From Camelus dromedarius (Eukaryota): DNA of 64,000 bases. The notes under the pieces are model-generated. The model worked only from the letters and a program-made list of their open reading frames with translations. It did not search any database and was not told the origin of the DNA. The translations under genes were made by a program, and so were the position numbers. Position 1 is the first letter of the stretch. The number at the start of each line of letters is the position of its first letter. Shown here in pieces: positions 1 to 13,484 of this stretch. The stretch covers positions 107,200,001-107,264,000 of the forward strand of contig NC_087437.1 of assembly GCF_036321535.1 (NCBI RefSeq), given 5' to 3'.

Positions 1-343
1 ACATGCACCCACACCACAGAGAATGAAGAGCCCTGCTATGACACCCCAGGCCTCTTGCTCTGGAAACACTTCAGCAGGAAGCTGAGAGACCAAAAGCAAG
101 CACACTGGAAACTCCTTTGTCCAGGGAATTCCTGAAGAACTTCCTCTGGCTGCCTGGGTCAGGGTACCTGAGAATGCTCAGTTGTATGACAGTCTTGAAG
201 GGCAGAGGAAACATGCACATGGCAACACTCTTCTGGGGACTCTGAAAATGTTGGATTGAGAGGGAACAAACGCTTTGTGTGGGCCTTGAAAACGAAGGTG
301 GCGATGGCTGACCTGAAGCTGGACTGGGTGCACAGGGAGGCAG

Positions 344-799
344 TGAAACGGAGCAGGACCCTGTGGGGTCCTCCCTGGTACAAATCTTTTCTGTGTCCAA
401 GGAGGAGCAGTCAAGAAAGGCTAGTGTTGCCATTAAATCAGGATCCTGGTACCTCGTCAAGGAGTATCCATAACAATATCTTTTGAGTTCTTCTGCAGGA
501 ATTAAGGCCCCACCCAGGTGGAGGATGGCAACTTCTGGCTGAGCACAAGATCCCTGGAGCACTGCTCTGCTACCTCACCACCAGCCGATCAGAACAGTCA
601 CACACCCTGCAGCCCTCTCCCTAAATTTTGCCTATGAAACCTGCTCCCAGAAAACCAATGGAGAGTTTGAGTTTTTCAAGCACAAGCCACCCATTCTTGC
701 TTGGCCCTGCAACAAACCTTTCTCTGCTCGAAACTCCTACGTTTTGGTTTCTTTGGCCTTGCTGTGCCTCGGGGACAAGAACTTTTTGGTTTGGAAACA
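344..799 (+). mobile_element. Solo ERV1-class LTR in ADAMTS5 intron 4
   Basis: Starts TGAAAC (344) and ends AAACA (799). Perfect 4-bp target-site duplication GCAG at 340-343 and 800-803; 4-bp TSDs are typical of ERV1. U5-like end 'aacaaacctttctctgctcgaaactcc...gacaagaac'. Confidence 0.8.
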
Positions 800-1252
800 G
801 CAGGAGGTGTTTCCCTGGAGCAGGTGTACTTCAGTTCCTACAGGTAGATTAACTTGCTCTAAGGGGAAAAACATGACCCTTTTGGAGCTCACCAAGTATG
901 TGTGAGGATCACATCTATGGCTATTTCCTTAGTGAAGTTCCCATAACATTTAAGAGAAGTCAAAAGTAAACTCCCAAACCTTGATTTGGGGCCCTACTTG
1001 TGGTCTCCATTCGACAGAATCTGGGCTCTGTGTTTTTGTTTCAGTATATAGCCTGAGATCTGTATTTTCTCCACTATTTGAGGACTGAGGTTGGCTCCTG
1101 TGGGTAAAGGAGGAATCTGTATATAGATCTTTCCAGGAAAAAATATTCTAACTAGGGAATAAAGCCTTTCTGGTGACAGGCCCCACATATGTCCCAGGAA
1201 TAGACTTCAGACCTTGGGTCTCCAGGCTTTGCATGACAAGAAAATCACTTAC

Positions 1253-1536
1253 TGAATAATATTTTTTCTTGGTTTTGTCCACACACTTGCCCTGAAGGCA
1301 GATCCTGCCTTTCCCACACGGTGTCCCCTCCACGGCTGGCAGCTTTTTGGTCAGACACACCATCTGGCCCTGGCGCACCACGGCGCACCAGAGGCGCGCG
1401 CAGACATCCATGCCGGGGCACACGGAGTACTCGGGCCCGAACGTCAGGTTGCACTGCTGGCTGGCGTCGTAGGTCTGTCCTGGGAGTTCTTCGGGGCCCA
1501 GGATCTGCTTGCGTGGTAGGTCTAGCAAACAGTTAC
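1253..1536 (-). CDS. ADAMTS5: ADAMTS5 coding exon 4 (end of catalytic domain and disintegrin-like domain)
   Basis: Translates (G)NCLLDLPRKQILGPEELPGQTYDASQQCNLTFGPEYSVCPGMDVCARLWCAVVRQGQMVCLTKKLPAVEGTPCGKGRICLQGKCVDKTKKKYYS. Acceptor ttcttttag|GT, donor TCA|gtaagt. 284 nt, phase 1 in and phase 0 out. Confidence 0.97.
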
Positions 1537-1691
1537 CTAAAAGAAGTGTGAGGTGATTAGATAAGTCGGGGCACGGAGCAGATAGCTGGAGGAGAGGGAG
1601 GGTGGTCCGGAAGATGGGGTTATGCCCATAAGCATAAAGGGGCTTTACTTCCTCTGAATGAGTGCCAGCAAGAAACTGGTTAAAACACAAC

Positions 1692-2021
1692 TGTATTATA
1701 ATTAACTTTGTGGCTTAGCGCCCCCCCCCATGGGTTTTTCTGTAAAAACCAGGGGTAAAGACACTTGTAAAAGGGGCCAAACATGACAAAGCATCATGTC
1801 AATCAATTAAAAGACCATCTCTAAGCAAGGTTGTAAGAGAAGGAGAGACAAAGACCACTGCTTTTCCCCCTTAGATCAGCCTGCCTCCCATTCTTGGAGG
1901 TGCACTTTCCTTTTTCTAAATAAATCTTAAAAATCTTTCACTACACGACGCACCGTCTCCCGACTGTAAACTTGTCTTTCAGGTATGACAAGAACTGGGG
2001 TCTTTACTTTTGGGGGTAACA
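1692..2021 (+). mobile_element. Probable solo ERV1-like LTR in intron 3
   Basis: TGT...GGTAACA termini, AATAAA near 1919-1924, and a 3' end 'gacaagaact...ggtaaca' resembling ERV1 U5. No clean TSD; 5' boundary uncertain. Confidence 0.5.
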
Positions 2022-3034
2022 GAATAACCAAGATTGACCACTGTTCTGCGTTTCTATTTCAAATCTCTGAAATTATTGGACCTGAAAATGCAAGACCCGG
2101 GTTGGTGCTGAAACACGATGCATCCAGACAGATCTGCAGTGTGATGTCCTGGAGAAGCGACTCCACGGGGGACCAGGCTGGGCACCTCCGTGAGCTTGTC
2201 AACCTCCTCCCGGATTTCCAATGGATGATGTGCTTGGGGTATCCATAATGATGGCAGTGGTTTGATGAAATAAAATTATTTTATAATAATTGGTTGTGAA
2301 AAGAGCCATTGTGGTGAGGGACTAAAAGAAATTGGGCTGGGCATAGAGAAAATGAGATAGTGAATATAATAATAAATAATAATTAATAATAATAATAAAG
2401 TGTATACAACTTTGAGTCCTTGCACTCTTTCTATACCCCGTTCTCTACTTCCCATTGCCCCATCTTACTGCCTTTTCATGAACCCTTCCATGTCATCTTT
2501 TCATTAATTCTGTAAAAAATAAACAAGGCGATGACTCGTTCATCCTTGCATTCATTCAACAAGCATGTGCTGAGCACCTACAATGTTCTAGCAAAGGTAC
2601 TAGATTTTGGGAATATAGAAAAATGATCCAGCTCTACCTCTCAAGGACTCCCAATAAACTAGATGAAGTCTTTCTCCTAGACTGAAAGAATTTTAATAAA
2701 GAGCTTTCAAGCATCACAGAATAAAGGAGCAGTGGGAGAAAGCACCTCTGAAAACTTGGGATCAGGCCCTTTTTTTTTTTTTTTTTACTCATCTCTTCCT
2801 TTTTCTTCCCTTTGTGTCAGTTGTTGAATTTAACTGGTACGTGCTGGGTCCTTGGAGTGGGTCTGCCCCAAACAAGTAGGTGCTCCCAAAACGCTTCCTT
2901 AAGAGTCCCTATCCAGTGAGTTAACGCCATTAATTTTCTCTCTTCATAGGGGAGCTTGCTTTTTGCCCATCAGTTCCTGTATTTTTCTGTTTATTTGATT
3001 TTACAATTGACACGCTGATTATGAACGATGCTAA

Positions 3035-3210
3035 AAATAACTAATATTTGTTACACACTTACACTACCTTCAGGTCTTTAAATGTATTAGCTTATTCAAT
3101 CTTCATGAGAACTCTATGAAGTGAATTCTATTATTTTCTTTAGTTTCTAGATTCAGAAACTGAGGCACATAAAGATGAACCACTTACCCAAGGTCAGTCA
3201 CATGGCTGTC
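3035..3210 (-). mobile_element. MIR SINE relic
   Basis: MIR core 'cagaaactgaggcacataaagatgaaccacttacccaaggtca'. Confidence 0.7.
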
Positions 3211-6200
3211 AGGGTTTTCCACTCAGAGCCTCCCCTCCTCATCTTATACCATCCTGCCTCTGCCTAGCAACGTGGATAGATTTCTTATTTTATTGCTCCA
3301 GCGCAGGCACGTAGAAGGATCCTTTAAGTGGTAGATAGCTTGCCTCATGGTAGAAACACCCGGTCTAAAGTCTAATTCTGGCAGAACACTAAATGGCTGA
3401 GTGCTTGGCCAAGTTAGTTAACTGCTCCCTAATTTATTTTCAAGATCTGTGAAATGTTTCTCTCCTCACTGTGACACTGTAAGGGTAAAATCAGCTCACA
3501 GAGATATAAGGGGAACCCAGAAATACACAAAACAATCCTAGTTGGGACTACTCCCATATTTAACAACATTTCAGATGTATTCAAGTTATTCTTTTTATTC
3601 AACAAACAAAAAGCATATTTAAATCCTATTTTCCACTGAGACATGGAATATGCAGCACATTTTAAGTCAGCACAGCCTGCTGCAAATGTTTTTAAAACGA
3701 CACTCAAGTTTCTTCAAAATGAATGCCTTAAAATTTGTCAATCTGTGATGGAGGCATTCTATGAAAATGAATAAAGAGCAAAAGTTTCTATTTAACTTCT
3801 TAGCCAGAACGTTTGAAGAGGTAAAGCTTCTTAAGGCCAGCCAGAAAAAGCATTAAAAATAAGTATCCGGCCAAAGAGAACTTTGGGAGAAAAACATCAA
3901 GTAAAAAGAAAAGCATCAACACCAAGGCAATAGGAAGGAATGACAGTGAAAGCTCACTAAGCTTTGTTTAGAAGATAAAACGAGATGAGGCACTTCAGAA
4001 CTCCAGGAAAAGCATTATCTTCCTTGCTCCATAAAAAAAGAACCTTGTATAAACCAGGGAACGCTTAGCAGATCTGCTGATGGTAGAAAACTGTCAACAA
4101 ATCTCTGAGGCAGCAAGAACGCTTTCCAGTTCTTCAAAAGTGCTGTTTTAAGAAACTTTTTTTTTTTTTTAAATTTTACTGAAAAGCACAGACTGTGAAA
4201 CTGTGTAACTAAATATTAGCTGAAGTCTTTAACGTGTGTGGGTGCACGCAGCCTGGGTCTACCTTGATCATCTCCAGCTCAAATCACTCACCGTCTGTCC
4301 CTGGACATGTGGTCACCGGGATTCTTTCTGCCTTACTGGCCGATGATGAGGGAAAAGAAAGGTGTAATGCAATTTGCAATCAGCCTACAACAAGGAGACT
4401 TCAAGATGTGGCATCTCTTTACAGAGCTCAACACCAAAGTATGTTTTAAACATGAATACCACATTTGCTTCTCTATTTAAAAAAAAAAGTTATCTCAGTG
4501 CTATGGTTTTCCCTCAGAGGTTATCTGGAGACGATCTTTTATCACTGAAAGTAAAATTATTTCTTTCAGATTTGCCATTGATTTTTCACTTCAGTGTTCT
4601 CAACATTAAGGTTTGTTGCTGCATTAGTTTCAGTGAACCCTGAAATAGACAGTCTGCCGATTTCATCTCTGTGTTGAATTATGTCCTTTTGCAATAAAAT
4701 AGGTACAGAGATCGCTACCCAGTGGCAGATTTGTGCCAGGGAGCAGCAACAACAAAACCCAGTATAGATCCTGATTCTGAATCTCATGATATGAAATAGT
4801 TAAGATCTAAGTAATAGTGGGTTGGATGAACATTGTCCATCTACGAAAAAAAAAGGTGTACAATTTGGGGAGGAGGGTGAGAGAAGAAATTGATCAATCT
4901 TTTAGCACCATTTATATTGACCTCTAAAAGCATCTAATCTTTCGTTCACTTTCCTAATCTGTTTCCTTTTACTCTCAACCATTTCTTAACATCTACTCAC
5001 GTATTTTTAAATTTATCTCAGCCTGAACTCCTATCTAGGCCTCACTGCCGACATTTTGTCTGTTTGCCCTGGTCCACACAATTGCCGAGTTCTTTTCCAT
5101 TTCCTCTCTCTTTCTCTTTCCCCACTTTCCTTCCTCTTTCCTTTTGTTCAGCATTTTGTGTACATAGATGGAGAGTTTCCAAAAGAAAGACAATAGAAAT
5201 GTGTGCACATCACCTGTTTGTTTATACCACCCATGTTAAATTAAGATAAATGCTATAAGTAAGGTGAAAAATTACTTTTAAAAAGTAAGGCCCAGGGATT
5301 TGTGATGGACAAATAAAGAAAGAATGTGGTAGTCTCTCCATGGCCAAAAGTACACTAAGGGGTGATGGACAGTAAGCCCTGCCTCCAGGAAATGGAGCAG
5401 AAAAATCTTTGGTTTTTCATATCTGACTTCTAGCCCTGTTTGCCTTCATATTAATGATTAAAGAAAATTATCGGATTAAAGTTGGTTGTTCTTTATTCAT
5501 TTCATTCCGCCTCCCCTCCCATTTCTAGCACCATAGTTACTTCTGTTTCCTCTTCCTTTTCAATACACAGGAATGAAATTAAGCATTGGCCCAAATAGCC
5601 ACGGCTCAGGAGATATCAGTTAATATTCCTAATGAAACTCGTTCCAAGAAGCCTCACAACACGGCAGAGTCTCTTCTTTTACTTCCTCCTGCCACCTCTC
5701 TGGCCCTGCGATTCTCCTTTTAGGTCTTTATTTGAACGTCTAACATTAGAAGGGACACTGATGCCTTATGGGCTCAGGGATGGATGAACTAACTCGGGCC
5801 ATGACGACTGCTGCCGACCAAAGTAATTCAAGGCATTTCTTTGTGAAATGGTTAGAAGATCGGTACAGTTTAGCAGGTGTCATGCCAAGGAAATTAGGTT
5901 AAAAATTCTCTGTGTTAAAAGATAAAGCATAGTTTTTTAACATACAGGTCACCGTGGACTTCAAATATACATCTTACTGACAGACTCTGTTAAAGAACCT
6001 ATTTATTGTAAAAATCAAGACACTCCACAAGGAGCTTTGAATTTTATGAGTATGACCTTGAAAACTGGACCTTAAGGTCATATCACTAGCTCTCTTGTCT
6101 ACACTTACCAAGGATTCAGAGACTTGGTTTTCTAATACCATTTTATCTCCAAAGTTCTGTGTTTAGCAAGTGGCTGTAAACTTAGTTCTTTAAATATGCT

Positions 6201-9200
6201 ACCTGTTAATTTTTCACAGCTGTCTGTAGATTTTCCTTTGCAGCCCGTGTCTTGGGTGTTCTTGAGCTGTGTCTACGTAGGTAGTGGCCTTTCTTATCAA
6301 CCGGTGCTGAGGACTTGGGATCCAGGGGACACATCTGTTGTTTTTGGCTTCAAGGTTATGAAGCATTTGAGAAAGGAAATTTAATAACCTGCTTTTGCTG
6401 AGCAGTTTCTCTGCCAAGCGCTTACCTTTATTTTGGGGGATCATCCTCCCGGCCAGCTTGCCTAGAGCTAACTTGTAGAAACACTGCAGAAAGTCTACAA
6501 GTATCTTGGCCAGGCTGGGGTGGGAGAGAATTCCCTGTGAGACCTGGCTTTTTCCTTTCTGCATCACAAATCTGCAGGCACAGTGATTTTCGAGTGTGCA
6601 CATTGACTTTTCCACCATAACCTAAGTGTTGCCTACTTCTTGTTGGACCTAAATCAGGAAACACTCAAGATTAATAAATTTAAATTTGGCAGTGATAAAG
6701 GGCTACAATGTCCAGCTACTTATGGCTAATAATGTAAAAAACAAATCCAATGACTTGAATGTAATTGTACCCTAAGGTCACATTTCTCCAGCACTGCTGG
6801 AGGTGGGAAGGCCACCGACGAGCTATTCCATACAAAGATTTTCTAGGCAAGGTATTCTTTAAGAACGACCTAAATATTGTATAAATTTTGTGAGACTATC
6901 TGCTTAAAAACAGCAATGGCTTTTTTGCCTTTTATGGGCGTGTCAGAATTTAATCTTCCTAAATAACTGAAAATCACTTTTTTTTCTGAGTATCAGTTGA
7001 ACTGAGTATCAGTTTTCTGAGTATTGTATCATGCTGAAAGAGAGAGGTTCCTTGAGGGACTGTGATGGTGGGAGAGAGTTTTTGACCTTCTGGGAAATGG
7101 GGCCAGACCACTGTGCTTTTACTGTTTTAGGGCTAACATTTTCCAGCTGTTCTGGTTTCTCTCTCACTGTCAAGTCAGTTTACTTCTTGCTCTCAGCTTA
7201 CCTTTCTGAAGTGCCCTACCCACCAAAATGACCATTTTATTGCTCTAAATTGTGAGGGGCCTAGAAAATTCGAACAGAAAAAGAGCAGAACTATTTCTAC
7301 TAAATGTGAATGCATGGGCTCTGCTCGAAAGGGTGAGTAAAAATGAAAAGGTTTGATGACACGGTTTCATGACATCAGGCTGACCTTCGAACAAAGACGT
7401 ATGTTTGTTTGCTTTCCCATCATCTTGGGCTTTGATTTCCCTTTGGTTCTCTCCTAAGCTCGGAGGTTGCAATGTGAGAACCTCCACCGTTCTCAAAGTC
7501 ACGTCAACTAGTTCCCATCACCACACTTTTACTTAAACTGACTTAAGTCTGTTTTGGGTTGCAATCTAAAAATTATTAAATTATGTAAGTTCGAGTTTAA
7601 ATGACAGCCCCCTACAGGGAGTATTTATTGCTCCTTTGGCTCTGTGTCTATGCCTGCTCTTCTGAAATGAGTACGGCTGAGCTTTGCCACTGTATCATGG
7701 CCACTGTGCCTGCCTTGGATTCTCATCATTCTGAAATTCATTCACTACAGGCTACTGATAAAATCAAATCTGGGGGGTAAGGGTGGTGGTGTGGTTAAAA
7801 CACAAGACTGTCTAACCAACACATTCAAAAGTGAGAGAGTCTAGGTTTGATACAATTAATTAGTTAATTAATGATGAGCATTTCCTGTCCAACAAGCGTT
7901 GGTAACTGAATTTATTGATTTATTTATCATGCAGACGGGGAATTCAGATAAGATTTCATCCGTGCAAATGAGTAAGATCTATTTCTAGTAAAAGTATAGG
8001 CTTGGTTGCCATCTACCACAAAATCACTTAGAATAGACACAGAAAACTTGCTGGAAAATTTTTAAAAATCTGAGTGTAGACTCTTTTAAATACAGAAATA
8101 ATGTTTAAAAAGTGAAAACAATATTGGGAGCTTATTTACTGCATGGAAAGTAAAATCGTGAATTCCACAAACATGAAATAAATGAATCATTCCAGAATGA
8201 TGGCAATAAGGAACAGAATTCTGCACAGCATTGTAATTAGCTGACCTAATACTTATATGGGGAAAAAAAAAGTTGGTCCCATTTTAGCCATAAGTATTTG
8301 CTGCCTTAGCAACTAAATTCGTTCATTTAGAGATTCAGAGTTTAGCTCAACCTTTTGGAATGTGTATGTGTGATTTGGAAATAAAATATTAATGTTACTC
8401 CATTTTCAGAAAACCTGGGGGGAAAAAACAGTGAACGTAATATTAAGAGTGGAAACTAAGATTCCACCCAAGAGGAAGCTTCTTAAACAGGGATTTGACC
8501 CATGTAGATAGGCGGGTAATTAGGTGAACATTCATTTCAGGACTTTATCAGCATTTTAATCAGCATTTTAAACTGAGCAAAACAGAAAATTACCATTTTA
8601 TTAGTAGTAGAATAGAAAAACCTCATACATCAATTCTTGATATTGTTTCTAAATCTTTGAGATATTCGGCCATCCTTTCAACAAACAGAGAACATTTATT
8701 TTGTATTGAGGGAAATTTTAAAGCAAGCTGGGTGTGGACTGTTTTCAGGAATAGGAAATAGAAATTTAAGCAGCCCCAAGTAGCTAAATTAGCATTATCA
8801 GTTCACCATTAACATAGCAAAAATGAGTTAGTGAATATTTTGGCTACCAGATGCCAAAGAACTGCATGGTAAAATTTCTTTTTGTCTGAAAAGAATTGAA
8901 TTTATCAATTGTTTTGTAATTATGTACCCAAAGTTCAAGGTGGCCAACTTACTAAGAAATTACAAAAAAATTAAGCTTTAAACTTTGTGGAACTAGGAAA
9001 AAAACAGTTATCACAGATTTTCTTTATCCGACTTTGAATTGTACATCATGTGCTAATTTTGTGAACGATTATCGTGATCAAGAATTTCGTATTCAACCAC
9101 CAATTTTAAAGAGGTAAATTTTAAGAGGAAGAAAAAAAGACATGAGAATATGTCCTCTTCTGTAATACGAGAAACTTGAACTCTGTGGTCTCCAAAGATC

Positions 9201-10030
9201 TCTTCCAACCCTAATGCAACTATTCTCCTGTGTTTCTAGTATTTTAAGGTAATAAAGAATGCTAGGAAATTAGCAAGAGCTTGTTTCAAAGATTGCTTAA
9301 AGGTCAGAATTTATTATTTCTAAAAACTGTGACTTCCTCAGTATTTTTATATAATTTACAGCACTAATCCTGGATTTACAGAACTTAATAAAGTACGCTA
9401 TGCTCCTGAACTGTATTTAAAGAGTGAAGCCAAAGATTTTCTTTTGAAGTTCTTAAACTGTTTTCTCACCATTCAGATTGATTTTCTATTTTTGTTCTGC
9501 AGTTTTGACTCCGCTTTCAGGAAAACCTGCTGTCAGGATGAAACCAAATCTTTTAGTGAATGCAAATCTAAAGAGCTTCCTCTCCTGGTTTTATGTTGCC
9601 ATAAAGAGAATCCGACAGAACTGTCACCTACATTTTAACCACACCCCTATAATAGGCATGTAACAAATAATTCTGAGAGTCACATTAATAGCAGAGAAGC
9701 AAGATACGTGCCAGCGTTCTCACAGGAAGCTCGTGGTGAAAGGGGGAATAAAAGCCAGGCTTTCAGGGCACTAGCGAGGCATTCTGTGTGGTCTCCCACA
9801 CTGCTTCTCTTTTGAACTTTGCGATTCAAAAGCAAAAATACCATTGCTATGATGCCACCAAGGGTGTTGGCATTGCACACCCACAGACAGTCTCTTATCC
9901 TTCTTCTGATACTATCCAAGTAACTACTGTCTTAGAGGGCCAGGTGGATGTCATGAGGAGATAATAAAGTGTAACTTGTAATAATTCCAAGTTTTGTTTC
10001 TGAGCCTATGCTGTCCTGAACTTTACCTAC

Positions 10031-10198
10031 CATGGCCATCATCCAGGAATTCCGTGATGGTGGCAGATGTGCATTTGGACCAGGGCTTGGATGCGTCGAT
10101 GCTGGTCAGGATGGAAGACATTAAGCGCTTATCTTCTGTGGTCCCGAAGTTCTCTTCACAGAATTTGGAATCATCATGGGAGAGGCCAAGGAGATGTC
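10031..10198 (-). CDS. ADAMTS5: ADAMTS5 coding exon 3 (second half of zinc-binding motif, Met-turn)
   Basis: Translates (G)HLLGLSHDDSKFCEENFGTTEDKRLMSSILTSIDASKPWSKCTSATITEFLDDGH. Acceptor ctcccttag|GA, donor CATG|gtaggt. 168 nt, phase 1-1. Confidence 0.97.
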
Positions 10199-13100
10199 CT
10201 AAGGGAGAGAATATATGAAGAACAAATAATGAGGGAGTCTGCATTTCTCCTTTTCCGTGGCAGTTATACTAGCCCTTGGCTTTTTAACTCCCAATCGTAC
10301 ATGAGTTCATTTTAACTGCATTTTCACACAGTGACTGGGCCCCCAGGGAAATTAAAGCCGCATGGAATTAGGGCAGTCACTTCTGGTGAACATTTAGAGG
10401 AAAACCGAAAAATTACACTGGAGTGGATGTTCCCATAATCCATCTGGATCACACATGCTCAAAGATACATACAAACCGGCCTTATTTAGAATCTAGAATC
10501 TGCAAGGCAACTGTGGGATTATGTCATAGCCCTCACTACATATTATTTTGAAAGCTTGTCTAATTTTCCATCTTCTCTGATCAACCATAAGCCCCATGAG
10601 ATCAGAGAGCATCTCCCCCCCCTCACTGTATGAAAAGCCTGTATTTAACTCAGTGTTCTGTGAGTTACAAACACTGAATAAATGGTTTTTGAATGTCAGT
10701 GACTTCCACTTTCTTGGCTAAGTAAATAGGTAGTCATCTAAGAGATGGCCAGGGGAGGAAAAGAAAGAAGTGAAATTAGTAACTTTCTGGTTCCATGCAA
10801 ATGTAAGCTTGTTTCATTCACTCTTTCATTTCTTTTAGTTATTTAGTGAGCTGTGAATGTTTACTAGTTCCACAGGTATATTTTGGAGACATACCCATTT
10901 ACACTTAAGAGATGTCAAGGACACAAAGCTAGTGTGCTAGTGCTTGCAGGGAGAACAAATATGGGAAGGTAAGTGATGGTCCAAAACCACTCGGCGGGTG
11001 GTGTTTGTTCTTAAGACTACTCAACATGCGACCCATCACAGCTGTTTCCATTCTAGCAAGCCAGGTATTATTTCACAGAATACTCAACCCCATTCTTATA
11101 ATCTGACTAATTTGTTTTAATTACATAAGATTCATTTGCACATAGTCTAAGGAGATAATGCAGCCTCCAATATATTAAAAATGCTGTTAAAAAAAAAAAA
11201 TCCAGGACATCAGTTTGTAGAGACTCTAAAAAGTAGCCAAGTCATTCTAGTAGTGTGTTTTTTTTTTTTTTTTGCAAAGCTTTATAGAATTATACACAAA
11301 CCACCAAAACTGTATGAGGGAAATACTACAGAAAAATGATGACTCTATGCCCCCTGGGTTCCTGAATGCCAAAGGCAGGAGCTTTGGCCACTCCACCAAG
11401 AAAAAAATCCAGTGTACAACAGTAAAACCCAAACAGAGATGAAATTTTGTATGCTAAATTCCAACTGCTTTTGGCCAACTTGTTAAATCACTAACACCTT
11501 GTAACAAAATTGTTCACTGAGCAGCTGGTTGCTGCTGTGGCCGAAATTCAGTGGCCAGGGCTCGGTGACCTTTTAAGGCTCCACATTTTCAGGTTATTTA
11601 TGCAGTTATTTACTTCAAGAGCATTTACAAGGCTAGCAAGTTGTGGGAAACCCTCCCGCCACCACTCACACTTTATTTGGTCAGGACCATAAATGTGCAT
11701 GATAGTTTGTAAAGTAGCTCCCATATCACATGCCAAAGAAGACTGGCAGGGGATCCTCCAATTTTTGGGTGGTATGCTGAGATTTTCATGGCATCCACAG
11801 CTCACAGAAAAATAGACCCTTTCATTCACGTCCTAGTCAAAACTGCTTAAAGTTACTCAGTACATCAAACACTTGTTGAGAAGGTAAAATCTTGATCAGC
11901 TGACTGTGGGATTTGTGTGGAAATTACACACTTGAGTTTTCTTCCCCACCTTGGCATAGAAGACAGAGGGAACGTGGCCTAAGGGGACCTCTGCAACATG
12001 AATCCAGATTTTCTATTTAAAAGACTTGTGATTTTTGCCTTCTATGTCATAAGATATTCATGTTTATTTAATGGAGTAACAGTCTTTTTTTTTTTTTCCC
12101 CCAAGTGTATCTAAATAAACAGTGTTTTTCATATGCATTTTTATGATTGTACCCAGGGAGTTTCACTTCATTTGGAGGCTAAATTTTAGATTTCTGATAT
12201 AAAATACAAGCCATGTGGTAAACACTAAATTCTCTTTCAGGGATCTAAGCAAGTATCTCATTTTTTTTTTCTTTTATACAGAAAGGTAGAGTCTATCATG
12301 TTAAATATCAATACTGCAAGCAAAGACAATTTATTTTAAAATATTTCGGTCTATTTTATGATTCTTTTGGCATGTCCTTTGGCCCCTAAATCACTAATTT
12401 ATCAATATATCTTACTTGCCACTAAAGACACATAAGAAATTCTTAGATGGCCATAAGATTGCCATTCTGGGCCTGAACAAATCTTAGTTCCACATTAGCA
12501 AGAGCTGAAAGGTGATGTGAATTTTGGAAGAACCTCCAAGAGTCGGTCAGAAAGGGACTGCTTGAGAGTCCCTTAAGAGAGACGGACTCTTTGGAGGGAA
12601 GATGAATGCTCTGTCCTCCATGAAGAAAGTCTGGCAGCTGGCTGGGAGAGGTGTGCCCTCTCAAGGACAATGAGAGTCATGGCCACTGAGGAACATTTCA
12701 GGGCCCAGAGAAACTGGCAGCCACTTCCACAGTAGCTGGAACCAGGCACAGCGAGGGACCTGTGTGATTTCCCTGCAGGGGCTGGAGAGGAATTGAAATG
12801 GAAAAGCCATGTGAGGGATGTTTGGAAGCTCTTCAGGAGAGACGTGACAGGCATACTAAAGGCTGTGAACAGCCGAAGAGGTGAGATTTTTCAAATGTGA
12901 TCCCTCAGTCATGGTGCTGAAATCTGCCCATATCTCTGAGCCTTGACATGGCAAGACACATCTAAAAGCAAAAACTATTTCAAAGGGACACTCACATTAG
13001 AGACAACTTGCTATAATACTAAAAGCTTATGAGCAGAGAAAAATCTAGCATCTAGGAAATGTCAAATATAACGTCACAGAAAACAACAATACATTTCATG

Positions 13101-13484
13101 TTGTGAAGGGTTGAATCAGAATTTATCATGATGTCGCTGATCGCCTAGGACCTTGTCCTTTTACCAGTGAGAGTCTGTTCCTAAGTCACCCATGGAGATG
13201 TTTAAAACTACAGGTGTGGATGGGAGATGGTGCGTTTCTCCCACAAACAGACTCTGGCAGGGTTAGTGCAGTGGGGGGTTAAACACACGTGCCCCAGAGA
13301 ATAAAAAACAGCATTGGAGAAAATGTTGACAATTCCTAAAATAATGTATTGTTGTTTTCATCAAAATGTATTTTATGATGAGTTTTTAGAGCAATGAAAA
13401 ACAGTCAGTTGAGGGGTGAGGTTTTGAAGGAGTCAGAGTGACTGAATCCAAAACCCCACGGAGGAAGGCACTCAGAGATTTCTT

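Noticed and set aside
71..562. 163-aa minus-strand ORF as a possible extra ADAMTS5 exon
   Set aside because: It overlaps the solo LTR and lacks the thrombospondin type-1 motif (WxxW...CSxxCG) expected of the next exon, which must lie outside the window.
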